Below, in pieces: positions 46,978 to 59,476 of a stretch of DNA of 64,000 nt. Position 1 is the stretch's first letter, and each line of letters starts with the position of its first letter. The translations under genes and the position numbers were made by a program. Source of the stretch: Pseudomonadota bacterium (lineage in GTDB: Bacteria > Pseudomonadota > Alphaproteobacteria > Micavibrionales > UBA2020); assembly GCA_021805245.1 (NCBI GenBank), contig JAJZFS010000076.1, positions 11,663-75,662 on the forward strand, given 5' to 3'. The notes under the pieces were generated by a model. That model did no database searches, was not told the origin of the DNA, and worked only from the letters and a program-made list of their open reading frames with translations.

Positions 46978-47823
46978 ATGTTCGGAAAGAAATCGCAGGA
47001 AGAAACAGGCGCGACGGAACACGAAAACACGGCCCTGACGTTTTACGATGCCGGCAAGGATTACGACCTGATGAAGCTGTACCCGCAGAACAAGGAATTG
47101 TTCGCCAACATGCCCGAGCAGCGCGCGCAGGAATTGCAGAACGGCGCCATCGCGGCTTTCCGCGACGGGCATCCTGAAAATATCCAGACGCTGCTCGCCC
47201 ATCCGGATCTTTTTCCGCTGAACATTCCGCCGCAGCAGATGCTGTGCAACCTGACGAAGAACGTCGAGGATAGCGAAGACAAAGCCGCCGTCATTCTTCT
47301 GGCGATCGACAAAATCCCCGAAGAGCAGAAACAAAAGTTTCTCGACAAGACGCTGTCCGACGTGTTCACCACGGTCGAGTTTCACGGCGAAGAGCCTTTC
47401 ATCACGGCCCTGATCACGGTCGGCGCGGACGCGAACGCCGTTATCTCCGGCGCGCCCGGCCGGGCGATGGCCATGGCCGTCACCAACGGCTACCCACAGA
47501 CGGTTATTGGCCTGCTGCATGAAAACGGCGCCACCTTCGAGGACGCCCTGCTGCGCATCCAGACCAAGCCGTTCTGGGACAAGGACAACAAGCGCGAACT
47601 GGCCGTCCACAAGCTGAAAACCTACCGCGAGGCCATCACCGGCGAACCTGCCGTGCAGGAAAGCGATGTGGCAAAAGAGTTGAGCCAACTGCGTGCCGAG
47701 ATCGCGGCGCTGCGCGACGAGCTCACCAGGCGTTTGCCCGACGCCCCGAAGGCGGCGCAGAAGAAGACGCCCGCCGCGTCCAAGGACAGCAAGCCGAAAT
47801 CCGACGGGAAGCCTGCTCTCTGA
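46978..47823 (+). CDS. hypothetical ankyrin-like/coiled-coil protein, paralog of 58584..59375
   Basis: An AGGAGGA SD lies 7 nt before the ATG at 46978. GAIAAFRDGHPENIQTLL and FITALITVGADAN blocks are shared with the 58584 ORF. Confidence 0.55.
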   Translation: MFGKKSQEETGATEHENTALTFYDAGKDYDLMKLYPQNKELFANMPEQRAQELQNGAIAAFRDGHPENIQTLLAHPDLFPLNIPPQQMLCNLTKNVEDSEDKAAVILLAIDKIPEEQKQKFLDKTLSDVFTTVEFHGEEPFITALITVGADANAVISGAPGRAMAMAVTNGYPQTVIGLLHENGATFEDALLRIQTKPFWDKDNKRELAVHKLKTYREAITGEPAVQESDVAKELSQLRAEIAALRDELTRRLPDAPKAAQKKTPAASKDSKPKSDGKPAL

Positions 47824-48001
47824 TTTTTCCGGCCCCGCCGTTTTATGATATGCTCCCCTGAAAATGCGGTGCGCTGCTGCTTGCAGGCGTAATTTCCCGT
47901 ATGTTATGTCATATGGAGGCTTTTACTGTTTCTGCATGCGCCGGATTATCGCATAATCCCAAGGAAGTAACGGCTCGGCCTGCAACGAAACGGTTTTTGA
48001 T

Positions 48002-49522
48002 TTGACGACAATGAAGACATTGGACGTTCTGGTGATCGGCGGCGGCATCAACGGCGCCGGCATCGCCCGTGATCTGTCCGGGCGCGGTCTGTCCGTTATG
48101 CTCTGCGAGAAGGACGATATCGCGGGAGCGACGTCTTCCGCCAGCACCAAGCTCATCCACGGGGGGCTGCGCTACCTCGAATACTGGAAGTTCCGGCTGG
48201 TGCGTCAGGCGCTGATCGAGCGCGAGGTTCTGCTGCGCGCCGCGCCGCATCTCGTCTGGCCGGTCACATTCGTTCTGCCGCATCACAAGGCCTTGCGTCC
48301 GCGCTGGCTGATCCGTCTCGGGCTTTTCATTTACGACCACCTCGGCGGGCGGAGATCGCTGCCCGCGTCACAGGGGCTTTCTTTTGCGGGCACCAAGACG
48401 GGCCAGCCGCTGAAGCCTGATTTCCGCTACGGTTTTTCCTATGCCGATTGCTGGGTGGACGATGCGCGGCTGGTGGTCGTCAATGCGCTCGATGCCTACG
48501 AAAAGGGCGCGCAGGTGCTCACGCGCACGGAATGCATCAAGCTCGAGCGGCATCCGGAAGATCAGGGCTGGATCGCCACGCTGCACGACCACATCACCGA
48601 TTCCAAAACACGCGTGCATGTGCAGCTTGTCGTCAACGCCGCGGGACCGTGGGTCAATAAGGTGCTGTCGCTCGCCAAGGAAGGGCTGGAGAAGTTCAAG
48701 GTGCGCTGGGTCAAGGGCAGCCACATCATCGTGCCGAAGCTCTATCAGGGCGATCAGGCCTATATTTTGCAGCAGGCGGACAAGCGCATCGTTTTCACCA
48801 TTCCCTACGAGAAAAAATACACGCTGATCGGCACCACCGAAATCGACTATCACGGCGATCTTGACGAAGTGCGCATCAACATGGAAGAGGTGGAATATCT
48901 TTGCGGCGCCGTGAACGGTTATTTCCGCCGCCAGATCAAGCCTGAGGACGTGGAGTGGACCTATAGCGGCGTCCGTCCGCTGCATGAGGAACCGGACGCG
49001 CCGAGCGCCGCAGCCGCGACGCGCGAATATCTGCTGGACGTCGAGGATTATCAGGGCGGAAAAATATTGAGCGTCTACGGCGGCAAGATCACCACCTTCC
49101 GCAAACTCTCCGAAGAGGCGGGCGAGAAAACCGTCGAACTGCTCGGGCGCGGCAAGGGCAACTGGACGGCGGCCGCGCCGTTGCCGGGCGGCGAGGGCGC
49201 CGCGGCGAACTTCGAAATGTTCTACAAGACGCTGCGGCGCGAGTTCAACTGGTTGCCGGAAGCTCTGGCCTACCGCTATGCGCGCGCTTACGGCGCGCGC
49301 TGCCGCGAGTTTTTGCGCGGCTTCAAGCGGATGTCAGATCTCGGCGAGAATCTCGGCGATAACATTTATGAAGTCGAGATCGCCTATCTCATCAATATCG
49401 AATGGGCGCTGACAGCGGACGATATTTTGTGGCGGCGGTCGAAGCTCGGCCTGCATATCTCCGATGAAACGCTGAAGAACGTTCGCCGGGTCGTGAAATC
49501 CATGTTGTCGAAGAAAACGTAA
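48002..49522 (+). CDS. glpD: FAD-dependent glycerol-3-phosphate dehydrogenase
   Basis: LDVLVIGGGINGAGIARDLSGRG, ATSSASTKLIHGGLRYLE. The start may instead be the ATG at 48011. Confidence 0.9.
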   Translation: MTTMKTLDVLVIGGGINGAGIARDLSGRGLSVMLCEKDDIAGATSSASTKLIHGGLRYLEYWKFRLVRQALIEREVLLRAAPHLVWPVTFVLPHHKALRPRWLIRLGLFIYDHLGGRRSLPASQGLSFAGTKTGQPLKPDFRYGFSYADCWVDDARLVVVNALDAYEKGAQVLTRTECIKLERHPEDQGWIATLHDHITDSKTRVHVQLVVNAAGPWVNKVLSLAKEGLEKFKVRWVKGSHIIVPKLYQGDQAYILQQADKRIVFTIPYEKKYTLIGTTEIDYHGDLDEVRINMEEVEYLCGAVNGYFRRQIKPEDVEWTYSGVRPLHEEPDAPSAAAATREYLLDVEDYQGGKILSVYGGKITTFRKLSEEAGEKTVELLGRGKGNWTAAAPLPGGEGAAANFEMFYKTLRREFNWLPEALAYRYARAYGARCREFLRGFKRMSDLGENLGDNIYEVEIAYLINIEWALTADDILWRRSKLGLHISDETLKNVRRVVKSMLSKKT

Positions 49523-50992
49523 ATGAACGGATTGCTGCTCGCCATCGATCAGGGCACCACCAGCACGCGGGCGATCGTATTCGATACTGCAGGGCGCATC
49601 GGCGGCGTCGCGCAAAAGGAACTGAAGCTGCATTATCCGCAAAACGGCTGGGTCGAGCAGGACGCCGAAGACATCTGGCGCGACACGCAGCACGTGTGCC
49701 GCGCCGCGCTGGCGCAGTCCGAGGCGTCTGCGTCTGAAATCATCGCCATCGGCATCGCCAACCAGCGCGAGACCACGATCGTTTGGGACCGCAAGACGGG
49801 GCAGCCGCTGTGCAACGCCATCGTCTGGCAGGACAGGCGCACGGCGGATTTTTGCGCTGGCCTCAAAGAGCATGAAGACGCGGTGCGGCAAAAGACCGGC
49901 TTGCTGCTCGATCCCTATTTCTCCGGCACGAAGATCAGATGGGTGCTGGATAATGTTTCCGGCGCGCGCGAGAAAGCCGCGCGCGGCGAACTTGCTTTCG
50001 GCACGGTCGACAGTTTTCTCCTGTGGCGGCTGACGGGCGGCAAGGCGCATGCGACCGACGCCACCAACGCGTCGCGCACGCTGCTGTTCAACATCGTGAC
50101 GCAGGACTGGGACGACGAGCTGCTCGCGCTGTTCGATATTCCGCGCGCCATGCTGCCGGAGGTGCGCGACAACAGCTGCCTGTTTGGCACGACGGATATT
50201 CTCGGCGCGGAAATACCCGTCGCGGGCATGGCGGGCGACCAGCAGGCCGCGCTGGTCGGGCAGGCATGTTTCTCCCCCGGTATGGTGAAAAGCACCTATG
50301 GCACGGGCTGTTTCGCGCTGGCCAATATTGGCTCCGGGTTCCGCGTCTCGCAAAACGGTATGCTGACGACGGTGGGCTATCGTCTCGGCGGAAAAACGAC
50401 TTACGTGATCGAGGGCGCGATTTTTGTCGCGGGCGCGGTGGTGCAGTGGCTGCGCGACGGACTCGGGATCATCAAATCCGCCGAAGAGAGCGAAGAGCTG
50501 GCGCGCTCCGTTTCCGATAACGGCGGTGTTTACATGGTGCCGGGGTTTGTGGGACTCGGTGCGCCTTACTGGAATCCGCACGCGCGCGGCGCGCTGGTCG
50601 GCCTCACGCGCGGCGCGACATCGGCGCATATCGTGCGCGCGGCGTTGGAAGCGCAGGCCTATCAGACGCGCGACCTGTTGCAGGCGATGATCGACGATGC
50701 GGGGTATCCGATCAATGAACTGCGCATCGACGGCGGCATGGTGAAGAACGACTGGGTGTGCCAGTTCCTCGCCGATATGACGGCGACGCTGGTGTTGCGC
50801 CCCGCCGTGACCGAGACGACGGCGCTCGGTGCGGCTTATCTCGCCGGTTTGCACGCGGGCGTTTTTTCCTCGCTCGACGATATTCAAAAGAACTGGCACT
50901 GCGCGCGGCGCTTCGCGCCGGCCATAAAAGATACAGAGCGGGAAAAGCTCTATTCCGGGTGGCGCCACGCTGTAAAACAGGTTTTGGCATGA
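49523..50992 (+). CDS. glpK: glycerol kinase
   Basis: [41 protein letters not shown] motifs. Confidence 0.95.
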   Translation: MNGLLLAIDQGTTSTRAIVFDTAGRIGGVAQKELKLHYPQNGWVEQDAEDIWRDTQHVCRAALAQSEASASEIIAIGIANQRETTIVWDRKTGQPLCNAIVWQDRRTADFCAGLKEHEDAVRQKTGLLLDPYFSGTKIRWVLDNVSGAREKAARGELAFGTVDSFLLWRLTGGKAHATDATNASRTLLFNIVTQDWDDELLALFDIPRAMLPEVRDNSCLFGTTDILGAEIPVAGMAGDQQAALVGQACFSPGMVKSTYGTGCFALANIGSGFRVSQNGMLTTVGYRLGGKTTYVIEGAIFVAGAVVQWLRDGLGIIKSAEESEELARSVSDNGGVYMVPGFVGLGAPYWNPHARGALVGLTRGATSAHIVRAALEAQAYQTRDLLQAMIDDAGYPINELRIDGGMVKNDWVCQFLADMTATLVLRPAVTETTALGAAYLAGLHAGVFSSLDDIQKNWHCARRFAPAIKDTEREKLYSGWRHAVKQVLA

Positions 50993-51124
50993 TTCTATAG
51001 CCTTACGTCATTATTTCTGTAAAATATAAATTTCCAAAAGGCGTATTGACATAGACCAATCCTTCACCTAACGTCCGCCCTGCGTTGAAGAACGCGTCAA
51101 ACATTTTCATAAAGGATTAAAGTT

Positions 51125-51967
51125 ATGGCTAATAAGAAAGCGCCTGCCAAAGGCATTGAATCGCTCTCTGAGAAGGATCTCGCTGGGCTGCAGGAAGTAA
51201 AAGTTGACATCAACCTGCGCGGCATCGTCAACGCGTTCAAATACGTCACGTACAAAAAACCTTTCGAGATTTACCACGGCATCGCGCGCCGCGTTGAAGG
51301 CGCCAGCAAGAAGATGATGGTGGGCAACGCCTCCCTGATCGGCATGCCGGTCGGCATCGTCCTGCGCAACACCGCGCGTTCGGCCTATAACATCAGCGAT
51401 AGAGAAGGCAGAACCCGTTATTCCTGGATCGGCAACACGGCTGGTGGCCTTGCTGCCATGGCGGCTGTCGGTGCGGCAACCGTTTTCGGCGGCCCCATTG
51501 TCGCCGGCATGATAGGCACCGGTGCGCTGGTGACGGGCATTGGCTATGCTGCGACGGCGGCAGTGTCCGGCATTCTTCTGCCGCGCCCCGTTTTTACGGC
51601 GGGCAACCTTGCCGTTTCGACGGCGCTTTCGGCTGTCGTTGCCGGCGTTTCCACCGTGATCGCGGCGCCCGCCAACCTGCTGGTCGGCTATCGCCGTTCC
51701 AAAGCAGCCTTCAAAGGCTACAAGATGACGGAAGATCAACTGGCCAAGCAACTGGCGGAATTTGACCGCTACTCCCCGACGGCGCGTTATGAAGCAGAGG
51801 CTGCCGACGACGTTCGCAGCGGGCTTTCGCGTCTGCCGCACGAGAAGAAGTTCGAATTCTACACCAAGCTGAAGGAAGAATTCGAAGGCGCGGCGCAACC
51901 GAAACAGGACGCTCCGAAGCCTGCCAACAAGCCGCAACAAGGCCCGCAGGGTCCTTCGCAAGGCTAA
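51125..51967 (+). CDS. hypothetical membrane protein
   Basis: 280 aa with a central Gly/Ala-rich TM region and a Pro/Gln-rich tail. It is followed by a clear terminator. Confidence 0.6.
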   Translation: MANKKAPAKGIESLSEKDLAGLQEVKVDINLRGIVNAFKYVTYKKPFEIYHGIARRVEGASKKMMVGNASLIGMPVGIVLRNTARSAYNISDREGRTRYSWIGNTAGGLAAMAAVGAATVFGGPIVAGMIGTGALVTGIGYAATAAVSGILLPRPVFTAGNLAVSTALSAVVAGVSTVIAAPANLLVGYRRSKAAFKGYKMTEDQLAKQLAEFDRYSPTARYEAEAADDVRSGLSRLPHEKKFEFYTKLKEEFEGAAQPKQDAPKPANKPQQGPQGPSQG

Positions 51968-51987
51968 GGCTTGAGACTTTTAAAAAA

Positions 51988-52022
51988 CCCTGCCGCGCAT
52001 CGTATGCCGGCAGGGTTTTTTA
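51988..52022 (+). terminator. Rho-independent terminator
   Basis: CCCTGCCG - 12-nt loop - CGGCAGGG (8-bp stem) followed by TTTTTTA. Confidence 0.7.
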
Positions 52023-52160
52023 TACCCTGAAAACACGAAGGGCCCGCACTTCTGGCAGGCCCTTCGCGATTGGTTCCCTCTTGAGCGGTCTGCATTTCCA
52101 GGACAGGAATATGCAAACCTTTGCACAGGATAATGTTAACAACGAGAGGTTAATAAAGCT

Positions 52161-52793
52161 TTAACCGCTGCGCCTGTCATAAAAGCTGGGATCGAGCAGT
52201 TCTTTGCGGTTCGTATAGATCTCGAGGCAGGCGTCGACAACGGCCGCATCGTATTTTGTGCCGCGGCCCGTTTTTATCTCCTCCAGCGCCTCTTCGACCG
52301 GCAGGGCCTTGCGCCATGGGCGGTCGGAGGTCATCGAGTCCACCACGTCGGCGACGGCGACGATGCGCGCCTCGGGAATGATGTCGTCGCCGCTGAGCCC
52401 GCCGGGATAGCCCGAGCCGTCGAGGCGCTCGTGGTGCTGCAGGATCATGCGCGCCACGGGCCAGGGAAATTCGATGCTTTTCAGGATCTGGTAGCCGTGG
52501 ACGGGGTGCTGTTTGACGGTATCGTATTCCTGCTCGGTCAGTTTGGCGGGTTTGCTTAAGATTTCCGACGGAATGCGGACAAAGCCGAAATCATGCAGCG
52601 TGGCGCCGATGCGCAGGCCGTCGACGGCGTCGCTGTCTAGCCCGATGAGCTGTCCGATGGTGCGTGCCAGCTGCGCGACGTTATGCTGGTGGCCGGGCGT
52701 GTAGGATTCTTTGAGGCCGATGGTGTCCGACAGGGTGCGAACGGTCTGGTAAAGGCTCAAAATAACTTGCTGCTTTGTAACGGGCATTTGCAA
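52161..52793 (-). CDS. stand-alone HD-GYP domain protein (putative c-di-GMP phosphodiesterase)
   Basis: HQHNV...ATLHDFG...HHERLDGSGYPGGL motifs. Confidence 0.85.
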   Translation of the reverse strand: MQMPVTKQQVILSLYQTVRTLSDTIGLKESYTPGHQHNVAQLARTIGQLIGLDSDAVDGLRIGATLHDFGFVRIPSEILSKPAKLTEQEYDTVKQHPVHGYQILKSIEFPWPVARMILQHHERLDGSGYPGGLSGDDIIPEARIVAVADVVDSMTSDRPWRKALPVEEALEEIKTGRGTKYDAAVVDACLEIYTNRKELLDPSFYDRRSG

Positions 52794-52851
52794 TGGACAC
52801 GGGCTTTTTAATAAATTTTAGCGCCGGAATGACGCCGAAAGCCTATTATCC

Positions 52852-55560
<2,709 letters not shown>

Positions 55561-55796
55561 TTTCCGTACTATACTGTTATTATAAGCGTCCGGTGTCTTG
55601 CGTGCCGTTGCTGTTACATATAAATGCTACAAGTGAGATATAATGAAGATTAATCCTATGTCAATGCAACCTTTTTCGCTTGATAAAAAACTTGATTAAA
55701 AGTGGAAAAGCATTATAAAAATCCTACTATAGGCCTTTTGAGGCATGGGTAGTGCCGCTAAAAGATTGTGTAAAATATAATCACGGAGAATATGTA

Positions 55797-56663
55797 ATGT
55801 TATCACGTAAGGAAAAGGCTGGTTTTGCCGTCCTGATAGTTGCCGTAATATCGGTCATTGCTATGCCGCTTCTGGCACAGGCAAAAACAGAGAACGGCAC
55901 CGTTGTCGCAATCGTTAACGGAAACAAGATTTTCAAAAGCGACGTTGAGAGCGTTCTGAAGCAGAATAAAATAAGCTCTGCCGATATGAACAAGGTATTC
56001 CCCATCGTCGTTAACCAGATGATCAATGAAAAGCTGATTTCCGAGGCGGCGAGAAAGTCCAACATCGAAAGGACGAGCGAATACAAGCATCAGCTCGCAC
56101 TGTTGAAGAAGCAGCTTGCCAAGCAGATTTATCTGGAAAATTATGTGAAGAAAAATGTGACGGATAGCGCCGTCAAGAAGGCTTATGATCATCTCAAAGC
56201 CGTCAACGAGGACAAGTTCGAAGTGCATGCCCGTCATATCGTCGTCAAGACGAAAGCAGCGGCCGAGGAAATCATTAAACAACTGAACCATGGCGCGAAC
56301 TTCACGGAGCTTGCGAAGGAAGATTCAACCGACCATGCTTCGGCCGCCAATGGCGGTGATGTGGGCTGGTTCACGGAAGGGCAGCTTCCGCCCCAGTTCG
56401 ACGCCTTCACCAATGCTGCTTTCAGCCTCAAGCCAGGCACCTATTCCCAGGCGCCCGTTGAGACGAGCATGGGTTGGCATGTCATCTATGTCGTCAGCAA
56501 GCGTAAGGTTCAGATGCCTTCTCTTGCAGATTCCGAGATGGCTATCCGTCGTAGCCTCGGGCGGAATGCCGTTCAGGAACTGGTGATCAAGCTGCGCGCC
56601 AAAGCGGAGATCAAGCATTTCGACATGAACGGAAAGCCTGAGAGAGACCATAAAAAAGGCTAA
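55797..56663 (+). CDS. parvulin-type peptidyl-prolyl isomerase (SurA/PpiC-like, periplasmic)
   Basis: Signal/TM segment FAVLIVAVISVIAMPLLAQA. PpiC domain: HARHIVV...A......GANF.ELAKEDS......GGDVGWF. Confidence 0.8.
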   Translation: MLSRKEKAGFAVLIVAVISVIAMPLLAQAKTENGTVVAIVNGNKIFKSDVESVLKQNKISSADMNKVFPIVVNQMINEKLISEAARKSNIERTSEYKHQLALLKKQLAKQIYLENYVKKNVTDSAVKKAYDHLKAVNEDKFEVHARHIVVKTKAAAEEIIKQLNHGANFTELAKEDSTDHASAANGGDVGWFTEGQLPPQFDAFTNAAFSLKPGTYSQAPVETSMGWHVIYVVSKRKVQMPSLADSEMAIRRSLGRNAVQELVIKLRAKAEIKHFDMNGKPERDHKKG

Positions 56664-56796
56664 TTAACTAATTGATAAATATGGATTTCTTGTAATCCAT
56701 CATCTTTCAATGACAATGCGGGTCAGCGGACAAAAATCTGTTGACCCGCTTTGTTTTATGTCTATGTTTAGAGGGACGGTTTCAAAGGAGGTTTCT

Positions 56797-57390
56797 GTGT
56801 TGCGCGAGATAGTACTGGATACCGAATCCACTGGCTTGCAGGTCTCGGACGGGCACCGCCTCGTTTCCGTGACGGCGATCGAGCTGATCGACCGCAAGCC
56901 GACGGGAAAAGAATTTGAGGTGATCATCAACCCCGGCCGCGATATTCCCGAGGAGACCATCAAGATCCACGGCATCACCAACGAGATGGTGAAGAACAAG
57001 CCCGTCTTTTCAAAGATCGCCAAAGATCTCAAGGATTTCATTGGCAATTCTCCCATCATCATCACCTGCCGCACGACCAAAAATTCTGATGGCAGCGACT
57101 ATACCCTCGACATCGACATGCTGGCCGCAGAGATGAAAGAGGCAGGCGTGAAACCTTTCCCCGCCAGCCAGTGGATCAATGTGCGCCGCTGGTCGGAAGA
57201 AATGTTCGGCAGCGACGAGGCGCGCCTCGACAAAATTCTCGACCGTTACAAGATCGACCGGTCCGAGCGCGACCGCGAAGGCCACAGCGCCACGCTGGAT
57301 TCACAACTGCTTGCCGCCGCCTATCCGAAGCTTCTGGCGGACTATAAAAAATTTAAGAAATCTCCTAAAAGAAAACCGCCTTCTCCTTGA
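56797..57390 (+). CDS. DnaQ-like 3'-5' exonuclease (DEDDh) with an atypical Exo II region
   Basis: GTG start with an AAGGAGG SD. Exo I: REIVLDTESTGL. Exo III: GHSATLDSQLLAAAY. The usual HNAxFD block is replaced by IIITCRTT...YTLDIDML. Confidence 0.7.
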   Translation: MLREIVLDTESTGLQVSDGHRLVSVTAIELIDRKPTGKEFEVIINPGRDIPEETIKIHGITNEMVKNKPVFSKIAKDLKDFIGNSPIIITCRTTKNSDGSDYTLDIDMLAAEMKEAGVKPFPASQWINVRRWSEEMFGSDEARLDKILDRYKIDRSERDREGHSATLDSQLLAAAYPKLLADYKKFKKSPKRKPPSP

Positions 57391-57830
57391 TGTCAAATTG
57401 TTTTGAAGCCGCGCCAGCCGCCATTCCGCCGCTGAAGACCGTATGGGTTTCCGCGGTTGCGCTGGTCGATGCCGATGGCCGCGTTTTGCTGGCGCAACGT
57501 CCGGCGGGAAAAAATCTGGCAGGGCTGTGGGAATTTCCGGGCGGCAAAATCGAGGCGGGCGAGACGCCGGAACAAACGCTGGTGCGCGAGTTGAAAGAAG
57601 AGCTGGGCATCGACACCTCGACTTCCTGTCTTGCGCCGCTGACTTTTGCTTCACACCGCTACGACGACTTCCATTTGCTGATGACGCTGTATGTCTGCCG
57701 CGTCTGGCGTGGACACGTAACAGCGGAGGAGGGGCAGGCACTGGCCTGGGTCAGTCCGCAAAACTTCGGAAAATATCCCATGCCGCCGGCGGATGTGCCG
57801 CTCGTTCCGGCCTTACGGGAGCTGCTATAA
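57387..57830 (+). CDS. mutT: Nudix hydrolase, MutT-like
   Basis: Nudix box GLWEFPGGKIEAGETPEQTLVRELKEELGI. Confidence 0.85.
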   Translation: MMSNCFEAAPAAIPPLKTVWVSAVALVDADGRVLLAQRPAGKNLAGLWEFPGGKIEAGETPEQTLVRELKEELGIDTSTSCLAPLTFASHRYDDFHLLMTLYVCRVWRGHVTAEEGQALAWVSPQNFGKYPMPPADVPLVPALRELL

Positions 57831-57833
57831 AAT

Positions 57834-58577
57834 ATGTACAATAGCGCTATCGATCTCAAGGAATTTTACGGCACGCTGCAGGGCAAGGTCGTGCAGCGCA
57901 TTCTCCGCCAGCATATCCGCAGCTTCTGGCCGGACGTCAAAGGCCAGCGCATGATCGGCCTCGGATATACCACGCCGTACCTGCGTCCGTTTTTCGGCGA
58001 GGCCGAACGCATTGTCGCGCTGATGCCGATGCAACAGGGCGCGGTGTTCTGGCCGTCGGAAGGCGACGGGGTCGTCGCCATATGCGACGAGGAGGAAATG
58101 CCGATCGAATCCAACTCCGTCGACCGTCTGCTGGTGATTCATACGCTCGATAGTGCGGGCGGCATGGAGGCCGTGTTGCAGGAGGCATGGCGGGTTCTCT
58201 CAGGCCAGGGACGTTTGCTGCTGATCGTGCCGAATCGTTCCGGCATCTGGGCGCGGATGGACAATACGCCCTTCGGCCACGGAACGCCCTATTCCCTCGG
58301 GCAGATACGGCAGGCGCTGAAAGAGCATATGTTCGTGCCCGAGCATGCGGAGCGCGCGCTGTTTTTTCCGCCGGCGTCTTCGCGGCTGGTGCTGACGACG
58401 GCGGGCGCGTGGGAGAAAGTCGGCAGCGCGCTGTTCAACGCTTTTGGCGGCGTCAATATCGTCGAGGCGAGCAAGCAGCTCTATGCCGGCACGATGGTCG
58501 GCGCGACGGCCGCCGCCAAGGCGCGCAAGCGCTTCGTGCCCGCGCCGAAACCCGTCGCCAGCAACCGCCGCGATTAG
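57834..58577 (+). CDS. class I SAM-dependent methyltransferase
   Basis: MIGLGYTTPYL..., VDRLLVIHTLD, LSGQGRLLLIVPNR (Methyltransf_11-like). Confidence 0.7.
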   Translation: MYNSAIDLKEFYGTLQGKVVQRILRQHIRSFWPDVKGQRMIGLGYTTPYLRPFFGEAERIVALMPMQQGAVFWPSEGDGVVAICDEEEMPIESNSVDRLLVIHTLDSAGGMEAVLQEAWRVLSGQGRLLLIVPNRSGIWARMDNTPFGHGTPYSLGQIRQALKEHMFVPEHAERALFFPPASSRLVLTTAGAWEKVGSALFNAFGGVNIVEASKQLYAGTMVGATAAAKARKRFVPAPKPVASNRRD

Positions 58578-58583
58578 GCGGGT

Positions 58584-59375
58584 TTAAATTTTTGGATAAG
58601 TCTTGTCTTGCGGCTTCTTTTGCGCGGCCTGCTGCGCATCGATCCGTTCAGCGAGAATGCCGACCGCGGCGGTGAGGTCGCGGATATTCTCCTGAATTTG
58701 CTTCAGCATCGTCGGCACGTCTTCATCGGACGCTTCGTTGGCCGCGTCTTGTGGCTTTTTGGCTGCCTGAGCTCTTTTGTCCTGCAGGTCTTTTAGCAGC
58801 TTTAGAGTATTGATATGCGCGCTGCTGTATGCCTGATTGGCGGAATAGGCCCTGTTGAGTGCGCCGTTCGCATCAGCGCCATATTCAGAGAGCATATCTA
58901 AAATTTTCGGGGAGGCATTATTAACGACGGCGCGCGCAAGTAGCGCTCCGTGGAAACCGTTTTGTGCGACGTTCGCATCAGCGCCGTTTTTGATTACGGT
59001 CTCGATAAATTTTTCGTTTTCATTGAGATTGTAGTCGAAAACCTCGGCGAGCGCGTTCGTAAGAACCTCTTTCCGGATCGTTTCGGGCGTCGTTGCGAAG
59101 GCCTGTGCCATGACCGCTGCGGCGTGCTCACGGGCTGCGTCGGTCAGCTTGTATAATACGCGGAACGATGTGCCTTGACCGAGCTTGTGCAATGTCTGGA
59201 ACAAAATCTGGATGTTTTCGGGGCGCCCTTCGTCGAGGGCTTCGATCGCGCCGTCGCACAAGGACAGAATTTTTTTTCTCGATCCGCTGACTTTAGCGAG
59301 CGTTTGCGCGAAGCGTTCCGGCGATCCCGTGCGGCCGATCTCGCTATAATTCACTTTGTCTCCAAAAAAGTTCAT
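58584..59375 (-). CDS. hypothetical ankyrin-like/coiled-coil protein, paralog of 46978..47823
   Basis: A GGAGAA SD is present. GAIEALDEGRPENIQILF and FIETVIKNGADAN...LSEYGADAN blocks are shared with the 46978 ORF. Lys/Gln/Pro-rich tail. Confidence 0.55.
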   Translation of the reverse strand: MNFFGDKVNYSEIGRTGSPERFAQTLAKVSGSRKKILSLCDGAIEALDEGRPENIQILFQTLHKLGQGTSFRVLYKLTDAAREHAAAVMAQAFATTPETIRKEVLTNALAEVFDYNLNENEKFIETVIKNGADANVAQNGFHGALLARAVVNNASPKILDMLSEYGADANGALNRAYSANQAYSSAHINTLKLLKDLQDKRAQAAKKPQDAANEASDEDVPTMLKQIQENIRDLTAAVGILAERIDAQQAAQKKPQDKTYPKI

Positions 59376-59476
59376 GAGGTTCTCCGTAGATGTAATTTCA
59401 TACGGAAAATATACCCATATTATGGATACGTCAATGAATTAAATACTGTTATTCTTCAAATACTTATAATATCACA

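Noticed and set aside
49334-50968. 544-aa ORF on the minus strand
   Set aside because: It is antisense to glpK, with an Arg-rich shadow translation. The same reasoning applies to 12628..13716, 14169..15488, 16935..18026, 19955..21151, 32563..33804, 37443..38927, 39135..40223, 42817..43815, 45603..46427, 46954..47688, 59492..61978 and 61957..62895.
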